The notes under the pieces: model-generated | Told to the model about the DNA's origin: nothing | Databases searched by the model: none | Seen by the model: the letters and a program-made list of their open reading frames with translations, nothing else | In this document: piece by piece, positions 10,757 to 22,278 of the stretch | Layout: every line of letters starts with the position of its first letter | Numbering within the stretch: position 1 is the stretch's first letter | Assembly: GCA_027604505.1 (NCBI GenBank) | Contig: JADIIX010000031.1 | Coordinates: 62,001-126,000, forward strand | DNA length: 64,000 bases | Origin: Gonapodya sp. JEL0774 | Lineage: Eukaryota | Direction: 5' to 3' | Made by a program: the position numbers and the translations under genes

Positions 10757-13242
10757 TCACTCCGTTTCCGACCTGAAAGGTTTCCGAAACAGTATCGGAC
10801 TGGAGGCGTAATTCGAGGCAAGGCTCTGCGAAGCTGGTGATCCGGGCGAGATCTGCTCGACCGACTTGCTGCCTCCTGCCAGGCCGCCTACTGGACTAAA
10901 AGTCCCAAGTGGTGCCAAAGGTGCTGGCGAAACAGACGTTATGTTTGCTAGTGCTGCCCACTGCATCTGCTTAGAAGGTGTTATGGATCTCGATTGAGTA
11001 TTTTTTCCACTGGCGGTCACGGATCCGCTGCTTTCGCTGCGGCTGTGCCCAAAACGCACGAGGGATGCCGCGAAATCTGCTCCAGAATCGGTGTGCTTGG
11101 GTATGTGACGTGAGGGTGAGATTGACGGACTGGCATCGGGGTTGCCTGAATCAACCGGAGATACACTCGGTGTGAGATAAGGGCTGTGCTTTCCGACTCC
11201 GGAGTAATGAGAGGCGGAAAACATGGGGGAGCTTGAGGGTTCGGAAGTTGGTGTCATGGGATAGGGCGTCATGAGATGGCTGTTGGGGAGGTGCGCACTG
11301 GGCATGTGCGGTGAGGCTACGGGCGCCAGAAACGAGGTTGGGAAGGTACCCGACATGCCCGTATCGGTATTGAGACCCTAGGAATCATAAGGACAAAAAA
11401 AAGGAGGGTAACCCAAGGAGTCAGCTCGACGATCAGGGATCTCAAATTCCGATGAACCATGGAGAACAGCAAACTCAACGAGTGACACTCACAAATCCCC
11501 ATCCATCACCCACGTCAAAGTACCAAAACACTTCTTGCCCTACCAACAGCGCCACCTCATCCTTCTCGACTGGTTCAAAATTTTTCACCACGTGCATGCA
11601 CTTTCTTATCATCTTGGCTTTCCCGGCCTCGAAACCGCGAGACATATTTCGCAAACCCTGTGCGGATACTGCTCCCAACTGAGCTCGCAAGACCGTATTC
11701 TCACGCTCCATCTCCTTGACGCGATCTAGGAGGAGTTTATAACGGTCTTGCAACTCAGATTTCTGTTGATCGAGAGCTTGTACACGGACCACAAGTAGGT
11801 CATTGAGCGCACGGTACTGCAGACGTTGGGAGATTGTGGTGCTGCTACTTCGTGATTCGCTTCGCTGGGTGAAGTGCCCATCACCTCGACTGGAACTTTC
11901 ACGTGGAGATACGAGAGCCGTGTCTGTATCTTCATCAGTGACGGCTTCTCTCCGTTGCTCTAGATACTGTTCGATCGATTGTCCTGGATGGGGTGAAAGT
12001 CCCCGCGCCGCCTCAGCTTTATCTAATGGGGATTGCTCGTGCGCTACGCTTGTCAAAGATCCATGCCTGCGGGAAATTTCGAGCAGGGTCGAATCGAGAC
12101 TTGATTCAACAGGCACACCGACGGCTATCGGCGAGCGAGGACCATTGACACTGACTCCACGGCGAGCCCCTGTACGAGACACAGTGGATGAGCTCCCAAG
12201 GAGTAAGCCTGAGTGATATGTGGCGGACCGTTCGGCAGTCCGAAACCCGCCTGTAGAAGCGGGTGAACTTTCTGAAATTGGGCCTGGCGCAAGGCTCGTG
12301 GAAGAGTCAAGCTCAGTAGATGTCCGCAGTCGCATATCAAGTTGGGCATATCGAGGACTGCCGATCATTTTGGTTTCCAGGAACTTTGCAATGGTTAAAT
12401 CGTGGAGTCGGTTTGCAGTATGCAGCACTTCTGCTGTGATTCGTGCACCGAAATTCACGAGGAGATCCACTATGTCTTTTCGCGGCTTCACAGCGACCTC
12501 CACGCATGCGTCCTCCCACCTGGCAGGGTTTCGTAGCAAAACTCGAGCGCCCGCTTTGTTGATACGGAGCCTTCCTGTCTGGTAGAGACCGAAATGGAGG
12601 TTAAAACATCTCTATGGTAGCATTCTATCACGTATCCGAAACAACTTACATCTGCCAAGTGGGTGAAGGCGGAAGGTTGCCCGTCCCTCACGTTGGTAAC
12701 TTTGCCACCTTTCCCCATTGCCAGCAATAGTGGTGATTCCAGCGTGTACTGGCGAATCCACCGCGATGAGACCCATTGCTGCAATGTCCAAACCTCTGCA
12801 CAATCGCTGTTGTGCCAGGATATGGGTTGGTTCGCATCTGCCCCAGCGCATAACAAGGCGCGGATACCGGTCGACCATCCAGCCAAAATTGCCAGTGCCT
12901 GTGTGTTTAGTTATCATAGTAGCATACATCTTCATGCCCTGGGAAAGAGAATCAGCTTTTCCTCACCAATGCGCTTTCACCAACAAGAGTCTCCATTTGT
13001 GTATCTACAATATCCTCAAACTGTTCCTCGTAGACATCGGGCAACAGGAACCGTTTTCGTACCCGGATTTTACCCAACGATCGCTGTCCTTTCCGAAGGT
13101 CACAGAGAAGTGTGATCTTCTTGCGAACGTTCGGGTCAGCCCCGTTGCTCAGGGCTTCCTGCAACTTGTCGATATCTTGAGCCTCGGTGGCTTCAAGAAG
13201 CACAATATCTGCGGCTCTATCCATCGCTCTGAAGGGGCTCAT
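10757..13242 (-). CDS. Ankyrin-like domain + coiled coil + SH3 protein, paralog of 4983-7790 (introns 12899-12966, 12579-12649, 11378-11492)
   Basis: ALSNGADPNVRKKITL, ESAL|ALAILAGWSTGIRALLCAGADAN and VKPRKDIVDLLVNFGA align with the 4983 gene; SH3 VVKNFEPVEKDEVALLVGQEVFWYFDVGDGWGF|GLNTDTGMSGTFPTSFL. Confidence 0.85.
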
Positions 13243-14498
13243 AAGCTTCCTCGCGAACCATGCGTTGGATGTAATGCAGCGCGGGTCGCCCTGTCCAAAT
13301 AGACGAACGGCAGTTTCAGCTGACAAGCTTCAGGCAAGGAGCGAACTCTGGAAGCGTTGAATCTTTTCTTGGACAGATTATTTTCGGCTCAGCAAAGCGG
13401 GTGAACCGCCATTGTTTGGGGATTGATCATATGCATAATATAGTACTAAGAAACCCTCCCGTGAATATATTGGGTACAGCAAAACAGTTCGCAGCATCGT
13501 AAACGGCTATCAAAAGAATCTCCACCTAGTTCAATCAGAGCGTCTCGACCGCTTCAAGAGCCTGGACGTGCTGATGAGCCGTGATCGCCAAGCATTCCTC
13601 ATGTTTCGAATCGCTGCCCAGAAGCAAATTTTACAAGGTTGACTCCCGCCATAAGTATCAGTCGAAAGAGTGCCACGAAAGCTACATGATCAACGCATGA
13701 ATTTATATGCGGCATATTGCATACACTCCGCCAGTGCGGGTAAAAGCAAAGGGGAGGTGGAGGTAGTGATGCACCTCAGCACACGAACGAAATTTGATTT
13801 GGCTTATCCCGTGGTAGTTTACTGCATGGACCACAAATACTACATACATACAATGGGTCATCTTCCGACCCGGAGGTGTGCAGCAATCTGTGTATATAAA
13901 TGGCTGACAATGGCCGACATGTATAGTCGGTGCCTCCGGCAACAAACACCGGCAAAACGATGCCCTCTTGTCGAGCGAAACCGCCGGCCGAGTAGGGTAT
14001 CAGTTGCTCTGAGCATCTGTCACCGCAGTGCGTTTTTGAAGTGCGCACTGAGTCAGGTTGTCGCAAGTCCGTCTGTTCTGAATACCGCTTGCAACGGTAG
14101 GCACCTTTGCGATCACTCCTGAAGTGTTAGAAAGTTATCCATGCGTTTACCCAAACTTTACATGCATCATAGTAGTCAACGGCACAAAGAGACTCTCACG
14201 ACGTGAGGCTCTCTATCATCTGTGTGTGTGATATTTCAACTTGTGCGCCACAGATTCCATACATAGGGGCTGCTGATCACATCAACTGCATAGCGGACCT
14301 CAGATCTGAACTTGAATTAGAACTAAATTTTCGTAGAAGGATGTGCATATTACGAATACATGCGATCTAAAGTTCGGGTATACGCAGTCAGGAGTGGTTT
14401 AAAGTCAATCACTCTCCGCGGAGAGTGCACAGAGAGTGCACACAGATGCATATACAACATTCAAAGCTTGTGAAGTCTGTGCTTTTGTTTAGGTACCC

Positions 14499-15789
14499 TC
14501 ATACCAGAAGCTGCAGTTCAATACGATTTGTGAGTGAAGATGCAAGGCACGATTCCTGGCACGGACAATCAACTCACAACTGCATTCACCACACCATCGT
14601 TTTCCGGGTTATTTGTAACCTGCGCGTATTTCCCCCAAACAACCTTACCAGATTGTGTCACGAGACCGAGTTCCGACACGTTGACCTACATCACCAAAAT
14701 GGAAGACCCGATTACATTCCCATCGGCCCCCAACTGATGCTTTTAGGTTGGCACAAACCTCAATGATTGTCCCCTTGGTTATGACACCGAGACCCGTCAT
14801 GTCCTTCCCGTTGGGATTCTTCTTCACGCCAAGCACGTCCAACATGAAAGTGGCTTTCAACTCCGGGTGGGTAACGTGCGCGCGCTTTACACGAAGAGCA
14901 GTGGGGCGAATGAAGCGTTCGTATTTGGGGGGTAGACGAGTGAAGGATTGGGGGACGAAGGTGTGCTTGGAAACCAAACGCTTCCATTGCTTGGCTGAGG
15001 TAAAATGAGAAACAATGAACATGAGAAAAAAGCAACTCGAAGCAAAGTTGACCAGGTCGAACCGGGCAGCTCTTGTCGTTCCAGTCCACCGATATTATTG
15101 TAAATCGCTCCGCCGTATACTCACTGCCCTTCTTTCCCGTCTTGATGACTTTGAAAACCTCTTCCTCAGCCACCGCTCGCACTTTGGGCAACGGAACGTC
15201 CCACTTCGCCGCGCGTTCCTTCCGCTTTTGCTTGATTGCGTTGGAAAGAACCTTTGCTCGGGTCTCGGTTTGACGATCAAGTAGGTAAGGAGGAAGAGCA
15301 GTGGCGGGGTTGGCGTCGGGGGTGGCGTGCTTGTTGGTCCGTTCGTCGTGGACCTTGAGGCTGAAGGACAACGAGATCGAGATACACAGCTGCCACAGGT
15401 TGGACAATCAGTCACCCACGTCTTCTTCATCTGAATCTTCTCATTGTGCCTCTTTTTGTTGTACAGCTTAGCCTTCAACCCGTGAACTTTCTGGGCGAAT
15501 GCAGCTTTCTTGTGGACCTCACGAGCTGCCCGCTTTCGTCTGAGATATTTCACAAGGAGGGACTTCGCTCAACAACTGGAAACAAAACGTTATCGCGGCC
15601 CAAAGACTCACTTCCGCTCCTCGTGATCGAGTCTCCGTCCATGCTTCTTCACGGCCTCCTCGATGTACTCGTTCTGAGGCTGTGGGTTTTCAACGAGATG
15701 CCGGGCGAAGGATGGGTCCAAGAAAGAGAACAACCAAAATCGGGCCATGGTCAGTTTCACGATACGATCTTAAAATATGTTCCGACCAT
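14499..15789 (-). CDS. NSA2: Ribosome biogenesis protein NSA2 (multi-exon)
   Basis: Spliced product [24 protein letters not shown]...[19 protein letters not shown]...[10 protein letters not shown]...[10 protein letters not shown]...VKKNP...[49 protein letters not shown] matches the conserved NSA2 sequence. The ATG-only first exon position is inferred. Confidence 0.95.
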
Positions 15790-15948
15790 GATGGAAAGAA
15801 ACGAACCATTGCGGTGGTCGGTTGCGGTTTCGGGGAGGGCAAAGGCAAAAGTGAGCTCCGCCCGGCCCTTGCTCACCAGCAACTGTCACATTTCTGGTGC
15901 TTGGAATGTGCAATGCGACCACCCGCCTAAAATTAAATATGTATGCTC

Positions 15949-17226
15949 TCAACTCAAAAAACTAAGAGCTATCGCTACACTTGTTGCGACATTTAGCGAG
16001 TCCGCTCCTGGAGCCATAGGAATACGAATCTTCAGCTGCGCCCGTCGAATGGTAGAAGGGTCAAGGCTGCGTCGAAAATAACACCCGAGGCAACTTGGCC
16101 GATTGACAAGGAAGAGAAAACAGAGCATCCCGACTCACCCTGGTCCCTCTGCTCCTACAATTATGGCAGGTTTCGCTATCGATCCTCGAGGGATATCACG
16201 AATGTCCGTGGCATGGGGGTTGGGAGTGAACGCGATGGTGGTGAAGCCGTGCTGCTCGAGGAGTGTAAGAGCGTCTGGTCCGTCTGTGGTCTCGCTAGAA
16301 GACGATGACGCTCCAGCACCATTGCTACTCGCTCCACTCTCCGCCTGTTTCCTCGCACGCCACTCCCTTTTAGTCAGTTTCTTCTTATTTTTAAGTTTAT
16401 TTACCGCATACTGTCCCGCAGATGGACCTTCCCAAGGGTCGGTCTCATTCTGCACGTCATTGTCCGACTCGATGTCCTCTGGAAACTGACTGAGGAGGCT
16501 TCCCGCATCTCCGGACTCAGGTACCCAGTTATCCACGATACCAAAGCGTACTCTGGTGGCGTGACCCACGCTCACGCGCACCGCCTTTCGGTAGAGTGGG
16601 TGGCAACAGTCTCGAGTCAGTAACACGCACGCCCGGTCCATGCCAGCGAGACATGCCACGTTCCGGAAGATGGATCCAACATTGTCAATACCGTTGACAC
16701 GCTCGAGAACGACCGCCACGTTGGAAGTGGAGAGAAGTTGGGCGAGTAATGGGGGTGGTGGGATGGATGCCGAGGCGAGGACGCCTCTGTGGAAATGGAA
16801 TCCCGTGAGTTGCTCCAATACAGGTTGTGGAGCAACGTAGACGGGAATCGGCAGCGCTTGCACTGCGGCGCCCGCTTTGGTGGCTGATTCCCGGTTTTGT
16901 GATCCGAATCTCTTCTCCAGTTCTCTCCAAACATCTGCCATCTTTTCCCGATGATGCTCCGTGAGGATCACGCTCCGGATCGGATACAGCGATCCCTCAG
17001 CGAGAAGTGTTCGTGTTACAGTCTCTCCCTCAGCGATGAAAACGTTGGTTCTTCCATGAAACTCGTTTTCACGTAGAGTGGGACTCTTGAGGTCTCGGTA
17101 GTCCGCAAGAAGCGGCGACAGCGCATCGGTGATGGGAATGAAATGGACAATAGGATTGGTAGCTGGAGGAGTGTCGGTCTTCGAGTCGGACGATGGTGAC
17201 TTCAATTCGAGTGGTCGCTCTTCCAT
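15949..17226 (-). CDS. SpoU/TrmH-family (SPOUT) RNA 2'-O-methyltransferase
   Basis: Motifs VVLERVNGIDNVGSIFRN, HPLYRKAVRVSVG, IIVGAEGPG|L and IRIPMAPGADSLNVATS; one intron of about 16067-16138. Confidence 0.9.
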
Positions 17227-18052
17227 CTGAGAATATCTTTGAATATGAATCAGTTTTGATGTTCTGGTGAATGGAAATCTCAGGATAAGCGAACGCGCGT
17301 TCAAGGGTTTGACAATCCAGACCATACAAGTCGTCGATATCGGGGGCAAATACAAAAGAGTGCTAATTGACATAGAAATGGTTGCATTGTTCAAAGACTG
17401 TCATAGCTGTATTAACACGACTTATGATTATGACGGAATATTGTTATTTCCCTTCCCAGTCCAGCCAGTTGGATGAGTGCTACGGGTACCTATCGCGCTC
17501 CAGTACACAAATATGGTCATCGGGGACTCTGTAAGGAAGAAAAGTTGACAACTGACCATCTCTTCAAAACACCATTTGCAGATCTTTTCCGTGTGACTGG
17601 TAACTGCGGAGGCTTCGCATACTATGTTGCTCGAATCTTCGTGTTGCATGGTCTCTTTAATTTTCTTTCAGCAGGAAATGCACATAGCCCACAAAGTTTT
17701 CACCAAGAGAACACGAATATCCAGGGTCGGAGCGAAAAAAGCATGAAAGCAGATTGTCGTGCAATATAGCGGTCAAGAGAACCTGCAAGGAGATCACCAC
17801 CTAGGAATACAGTCACTACCTCATTACATTCTGCAGATCCAATTCAGTATCGTATTGCTTGAATGCGAGATCTGATCGTGCACCCCTGGCTTTATGGCTT
17901 GCATAAGAACGCTGATGTCATCGTTTGCAAGCACTTAAAAGCCAACCCAACGTATCACCAACTCCATCCGAGCACCACATTCTTGTCGCGATCTGGGGCT
18001 ACAGTTAGTTCTCTACCACTCACTCACCTTCTACCAAAAAGATCAATCTGTC

Positions 18053-18670
18053 ATGAGCTCGAGCGGAGCAAACCAGCGCGGTCAGGAGAAGGTAGGAGTC
18101 CCCAACCGAGTGTTGCACACCCGACTTCCGAATCATCGAACCTCCCGCGATGGAATTAGTACAAGCCGTCGGAGCACGGAGGAATGAAGGAGGATGGAAC
18201 TCCCGATAAGCGTGTCAAACGTGAGTTCACATTATAGTGTCGTGCGGGAGGGATGATTTAGGTTTCGTGATGATTAACATACGTCATACTGATGATGCTT
18301 GTCGCAGAATTTGAATCCGAGGCCCATAAAGTGAACACGGAAGAGCTCGCACATGGGAGCCACCACTCGTCGAAGGTTGAGACTGAAGAAGGGAAAACGG
18401 GAGCTCAAGGTGAGCTGACGTCACCCCTCAGCTTTTCTGATACCCGACGTGAACTTGCTACCTTTACTTCGTATCCTCATACTAGTTGGCGGGGAGCACA
18501 ATGCCGGCACGGGAAAGTACAAACCTACGGAGCACGGTGAGTAGTTCTCCTTTTTCCATTAGGATTTACTGGCTTCTGCACTGTAACCATTATCACGCAT
18601 TCCAGATGGCCTTAAAGAAGATGGTACCCCTGATCGCCGCACCAAAATGGGGGAAGGTGCTCGAGAGTGA
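18053..18670 (+). CDS. Small hydrophilic fungal protein with two YKP(S/T)EHxGxKEDGTPD(K/R)R repeats (5 short exons)
   Basis: MSSSGANQRGQEK|YKPSEHGGMKEDGTPDKRVK|..|..GKYKPTEH|DGLKEDGTPDRRTKMGEGARE*; GT-AG junctions keep the frame. Confidence 0.7.
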
Positions 18671-18907
18671 ATCAAAGTGACTGGAGTGGGACAAGTGTTC
18701 AGACGGGTGGCGGTGAAAAAGCACGTGGAGAAAAGCCGCTTGTCGTTTGTAGTACTTTTGCATCACAGACGGAGTCTCGCAATACAGTTTCGTTGCCTTC
18801 AAGTTGGTTATATGAAAATTCGGCTCATTTTCAACCGGATCCACAAATCTTCCAACATACCGGTTCCGAAAAACCTCCACCTTCACCGGCTCCACGCGGC
18901 AGAAGAG

Positions 18908-20981
18908 ATGTCTTCACTACCGCGCTCGCCGCCCGATCTTCCAACCGCGAACCTCGCGAAACTCGAAGCCCTTCTTACTGCGTTCGCAGCGGATGCCCGA
19001 GATGGAGTCCACACGTACGAGCTCGGCAAGGGAAGACCGCTGGCGGCTGGCGATATGAGGGACACCAAGGTACGATATGCAAATACTTTATTTGATGAAA
19101 AGGATTCGATAGGAGGGGTGATGCAGTGGCGATCATACATTACGAGTTCATGTTCATTGACGATACGTTTCTCGTCTGCTTTCCCTCTATGGTTTCTATA
19201 CCGATTTCAAAGATGGGATTCAATTTCGCAACGGTCATCGTTCATAGAGGAAACGTTGTTGCTGAGCGTTACGGTATGTATAACATTCCACGTCTTCACC
19301 ACTGCTCCCAAACACGTCAAAGTACTCCAAATCGTGCTCCTGCTTCCCATCCTTCAATCACTGTTTATTTTAGCCCCACACATTGCTCCGATGCAACCCC
19401 TCGTCTCTTGGTCCATGGCTAAGTCTATAACCCACCTTTGTCTGGGCATCGTCCACCGCTTGGGAAAACTCCCACCCCTGGATCACCCATTGGGCAGATT
19501 GAGACTCGAGGATGGGAGGTGGGCAGTACCCGAATGGAGGGGCAAAGGGGATAAGAGGGCAGGGATTACATTGAGGGATTTGGTACGTTTCTTATGGTCA
19601 ACAGGCCGGAGATGGTGCGGACGACAAGCGCGTTGAAACCGTGTGGAGATGTGTTTACACCGTGTGAAGGTTGAACCAAACCTACTTTCTTATTGAGAGG
19701 GATCAGGACCAAGGAAATGGGGTTCGGAGTTCTGCAGAGATCGCTGTAGGCTGCCACATTGCGCTCATACTCCCATTGCGATCCGCCCTTGTCCGTCCTC
19801 AGCTTCAAATGCGGTCCGGCCTCGAATTTAATGAAGACTACGACCCGGCTAAACACGGCATGTCCGATGTGCAGCAGATGGTGAGCAGCGGGCTCGGCGG
19901 ATTGTTTGCGTAGAGTGTGTCCCATTTGTGGACACGTGTACTCATGCGGGGAAGTGCCGAGATGGTGCTTATGGTTGAGTGGTTGGTGGAATATCTGTGG
20001 TGGTTGCGTTGGCATATGGAATTAAGTGGATGGAAAACGTTTTTGACTGTTCTGGAATCTGAGTGGCGGCGCAACCAACAGGCCGCTTTTCCTTTTTCGC
20101 GCTTCTACAGCTCTTTACCCGCCCTGGCAAATCTGACATGGGCCACTTTGCTGCGAGCAAGCCGTTGCAGGAAGATCCTGGTGGGTGTCGTTGAGGAATG
20201 ATGAGCCGATGCTGTCAAGACGACCCCTTCCAATTGTGCCCCACGTCACACTGTCTTTTCAGGCAACACATTCCGCTACGCTTCTGGTACTTCCAACATC
20301 TTGTCTCGCCTTCTTGCTCGCCTGATCCAACCACTCACAATGCCCGAATTTCTGGCCGACCATCTCTTTGCACCTCTCGCACTAACGTCGTCCGCGCACG
20401 CCACGTGCGACGAGGTAGGAACCATGGTGGGGAGCAGCTTCGTGTGGATGAGTGCCGAAGATTACGCAAAGGTTGGAATGTTGTATGCGAGGGGTGGCGA
20501 GTATGAAGGAAGGCGAGTCGTGGAAAGGGAATGGGCAGAGATGGCGGGAAAGAGAACAGGGGGTGTGGACGGAGAGAGGCTAGAGTACTCATATCACTGG
20601 TTGGTTGCCGAGTTGAGGCCGCGGGTCATTCGGGAATCGCGATCCATTTATCGATTCATCTACAACCCCATGCCCCCCATCTTGCCTGTTACGCCTTCTC
20701 ACACAACTTCAACTCGAACCTTACCGTCGGTTCCATCCGTCCCACACCTCCCCACAAGGTGGGTCTCCCGTCCTCACGGCACCCTGCCACCTTACTTCCG
20801 TGCAAGCGGTTTCGAAGGACAGTTCATCCTCGTTGTCCCGTCACTGGATTTGGTGGTAGTACGATTGGGGAGAACTGTGGCGGGAACGGAGCAGTGGGAG
20901 CGTTTGGAGGAGTGGATGGAAGGGGTGGTGGGGTGCTTTGTTGGGAACGTGCAGGAGGGTAGTACAAAGGGGAAATTGTAA
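18908..20981 (+). CDS. Beta-lactamase-related (AmpC-like) serine hydrolase, multi-exon
   Basis: VIVHRGNVVAERY|A..PLVSWSMAKS (SxxK), ITLRDL|LQMRSGLEFNEDY, FRYASGTSNIL, MSAEDYAKVGMLY, ASGFEGQFILVVPSLDLVVVRLG. Confidence 0.9.
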
Positions 20982-21115
20982 TATTGGAGTTTATCACCAG
21001 TGAAGTAATTGGGTCGGAATGCACTTCTTATGGTCTACGGCTCGTAAGTTGCCTGTTACCGCTGGGGTGTTGTATCACCATAACTGCATGCAGACCGCGT
21101 GCTACACCAAACATA

Positions 21116-21975
21116 TCAAACTGAGCAAGCTGGAACATCCGGCCCTCGCATTACAGATACACTCGTCGCAGCTGCAACGTGTGACGAGAGAGTGTGAGCG
21201 GGACAAGGGTTTATCGCAAGTCTGCGCCGTAACAAAACAAAACCCACTGATTGCTCGTCAAAATGTTTCCGGCACGCTGGACACACATTTAGTTTACGAG
21301 CACAGCTCCGGCAAATTAAATGACCACTGATGAACGCGATACGACGTTTCATCCTGCCAGAATGTGGGAAAAATAAACTCTCATCAACGAACCATCTGGG
21401 TACTGTTGCACCCTTTCTCCACAATATTGCCCATGCACACAATCTGGGGAACGGAACCACCATTACAAGTACCCAAAAATGAACGCTATTGAGTTCACGC
21501 ACCGAAATTTTTTGCACAAGCACTCACACATTTTCTAGCATGTTCCCGCTCCTGTCGCAGTCTTCGAGCCGTTGATTCGGCTTCGATTTTGGCGGTCATC
21601 AGCGCCGATTGTCTGCTTTCAAGTTTCTTGTTCAACGCCCGAAGAGCCATGGTTTCGTCCACGTGCCCTTGGCGCAACCTCCTTTCTGTGTCTTGTAGAT
21701 TCAAGATATGTTCCTTCAAACGACTGCAAAGGAGTGTGTTATCGAACAGATCAACAATTTGTCGACGAGCAGCACGTATCGCACTAAATACTATATTACC
21801 ATATTTTCCGAGCTTGCGCATCAATTTGAGCTTGTGCATGTGGTAATTCATCCCCTTGAAACGCGTTCGGCTCATTCACATTTCCCGGCAGGCCGCTGAT
21901 CGCTGACTCATTCACCGGTGAAAACTGGCGCTCTTTACTCTTTTCTTCCCAATCATGGCCACAAGATTTGCACAT
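21116..21975 (-). CDS. Coiled-coil protein with C-terminal RING-HC (C3HC4) finger, putative E3 ligase
   Basis: Splicing yields ...REHARKC|IVCMGNIVEKGATVPRC|GHLICRSCARKLNVCPACRK; the upstream exon is helical and charged. Confidence 0.75.
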
Positions 21976-22278
21976 GGGCACGGTGAAGACGTCGAGATGG
22001 ACCCGGATGCGCAGCTGCTGTACATCGGATCTGGCAGTGCAACAACTCTGGCAGGAAAGAGTGGGTAGACGAGGCAGCTGGGAACGAGTGGAGTTAAATA
22101 TGCCTCTTCCAATTTTCTCTATATTCGATAATGCGCTGATTTGTCTTGGTCTTGTTGGCGAAAATATGGTATCATCACTCTGTCACCTTCATGAACGTCC
22201 GAACAACGAATGCCGAATTCGATCAACTAAATGAACGTGATTCACTAATTTCGATCTGGTCTCGCACCGTCGAACCCT

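Noticed and set aside
14419..14452. Short direct repeat gagagtgcac x2 downstream of NSA2
   Set aside because: Only two short copies; not an array and no function is evident.
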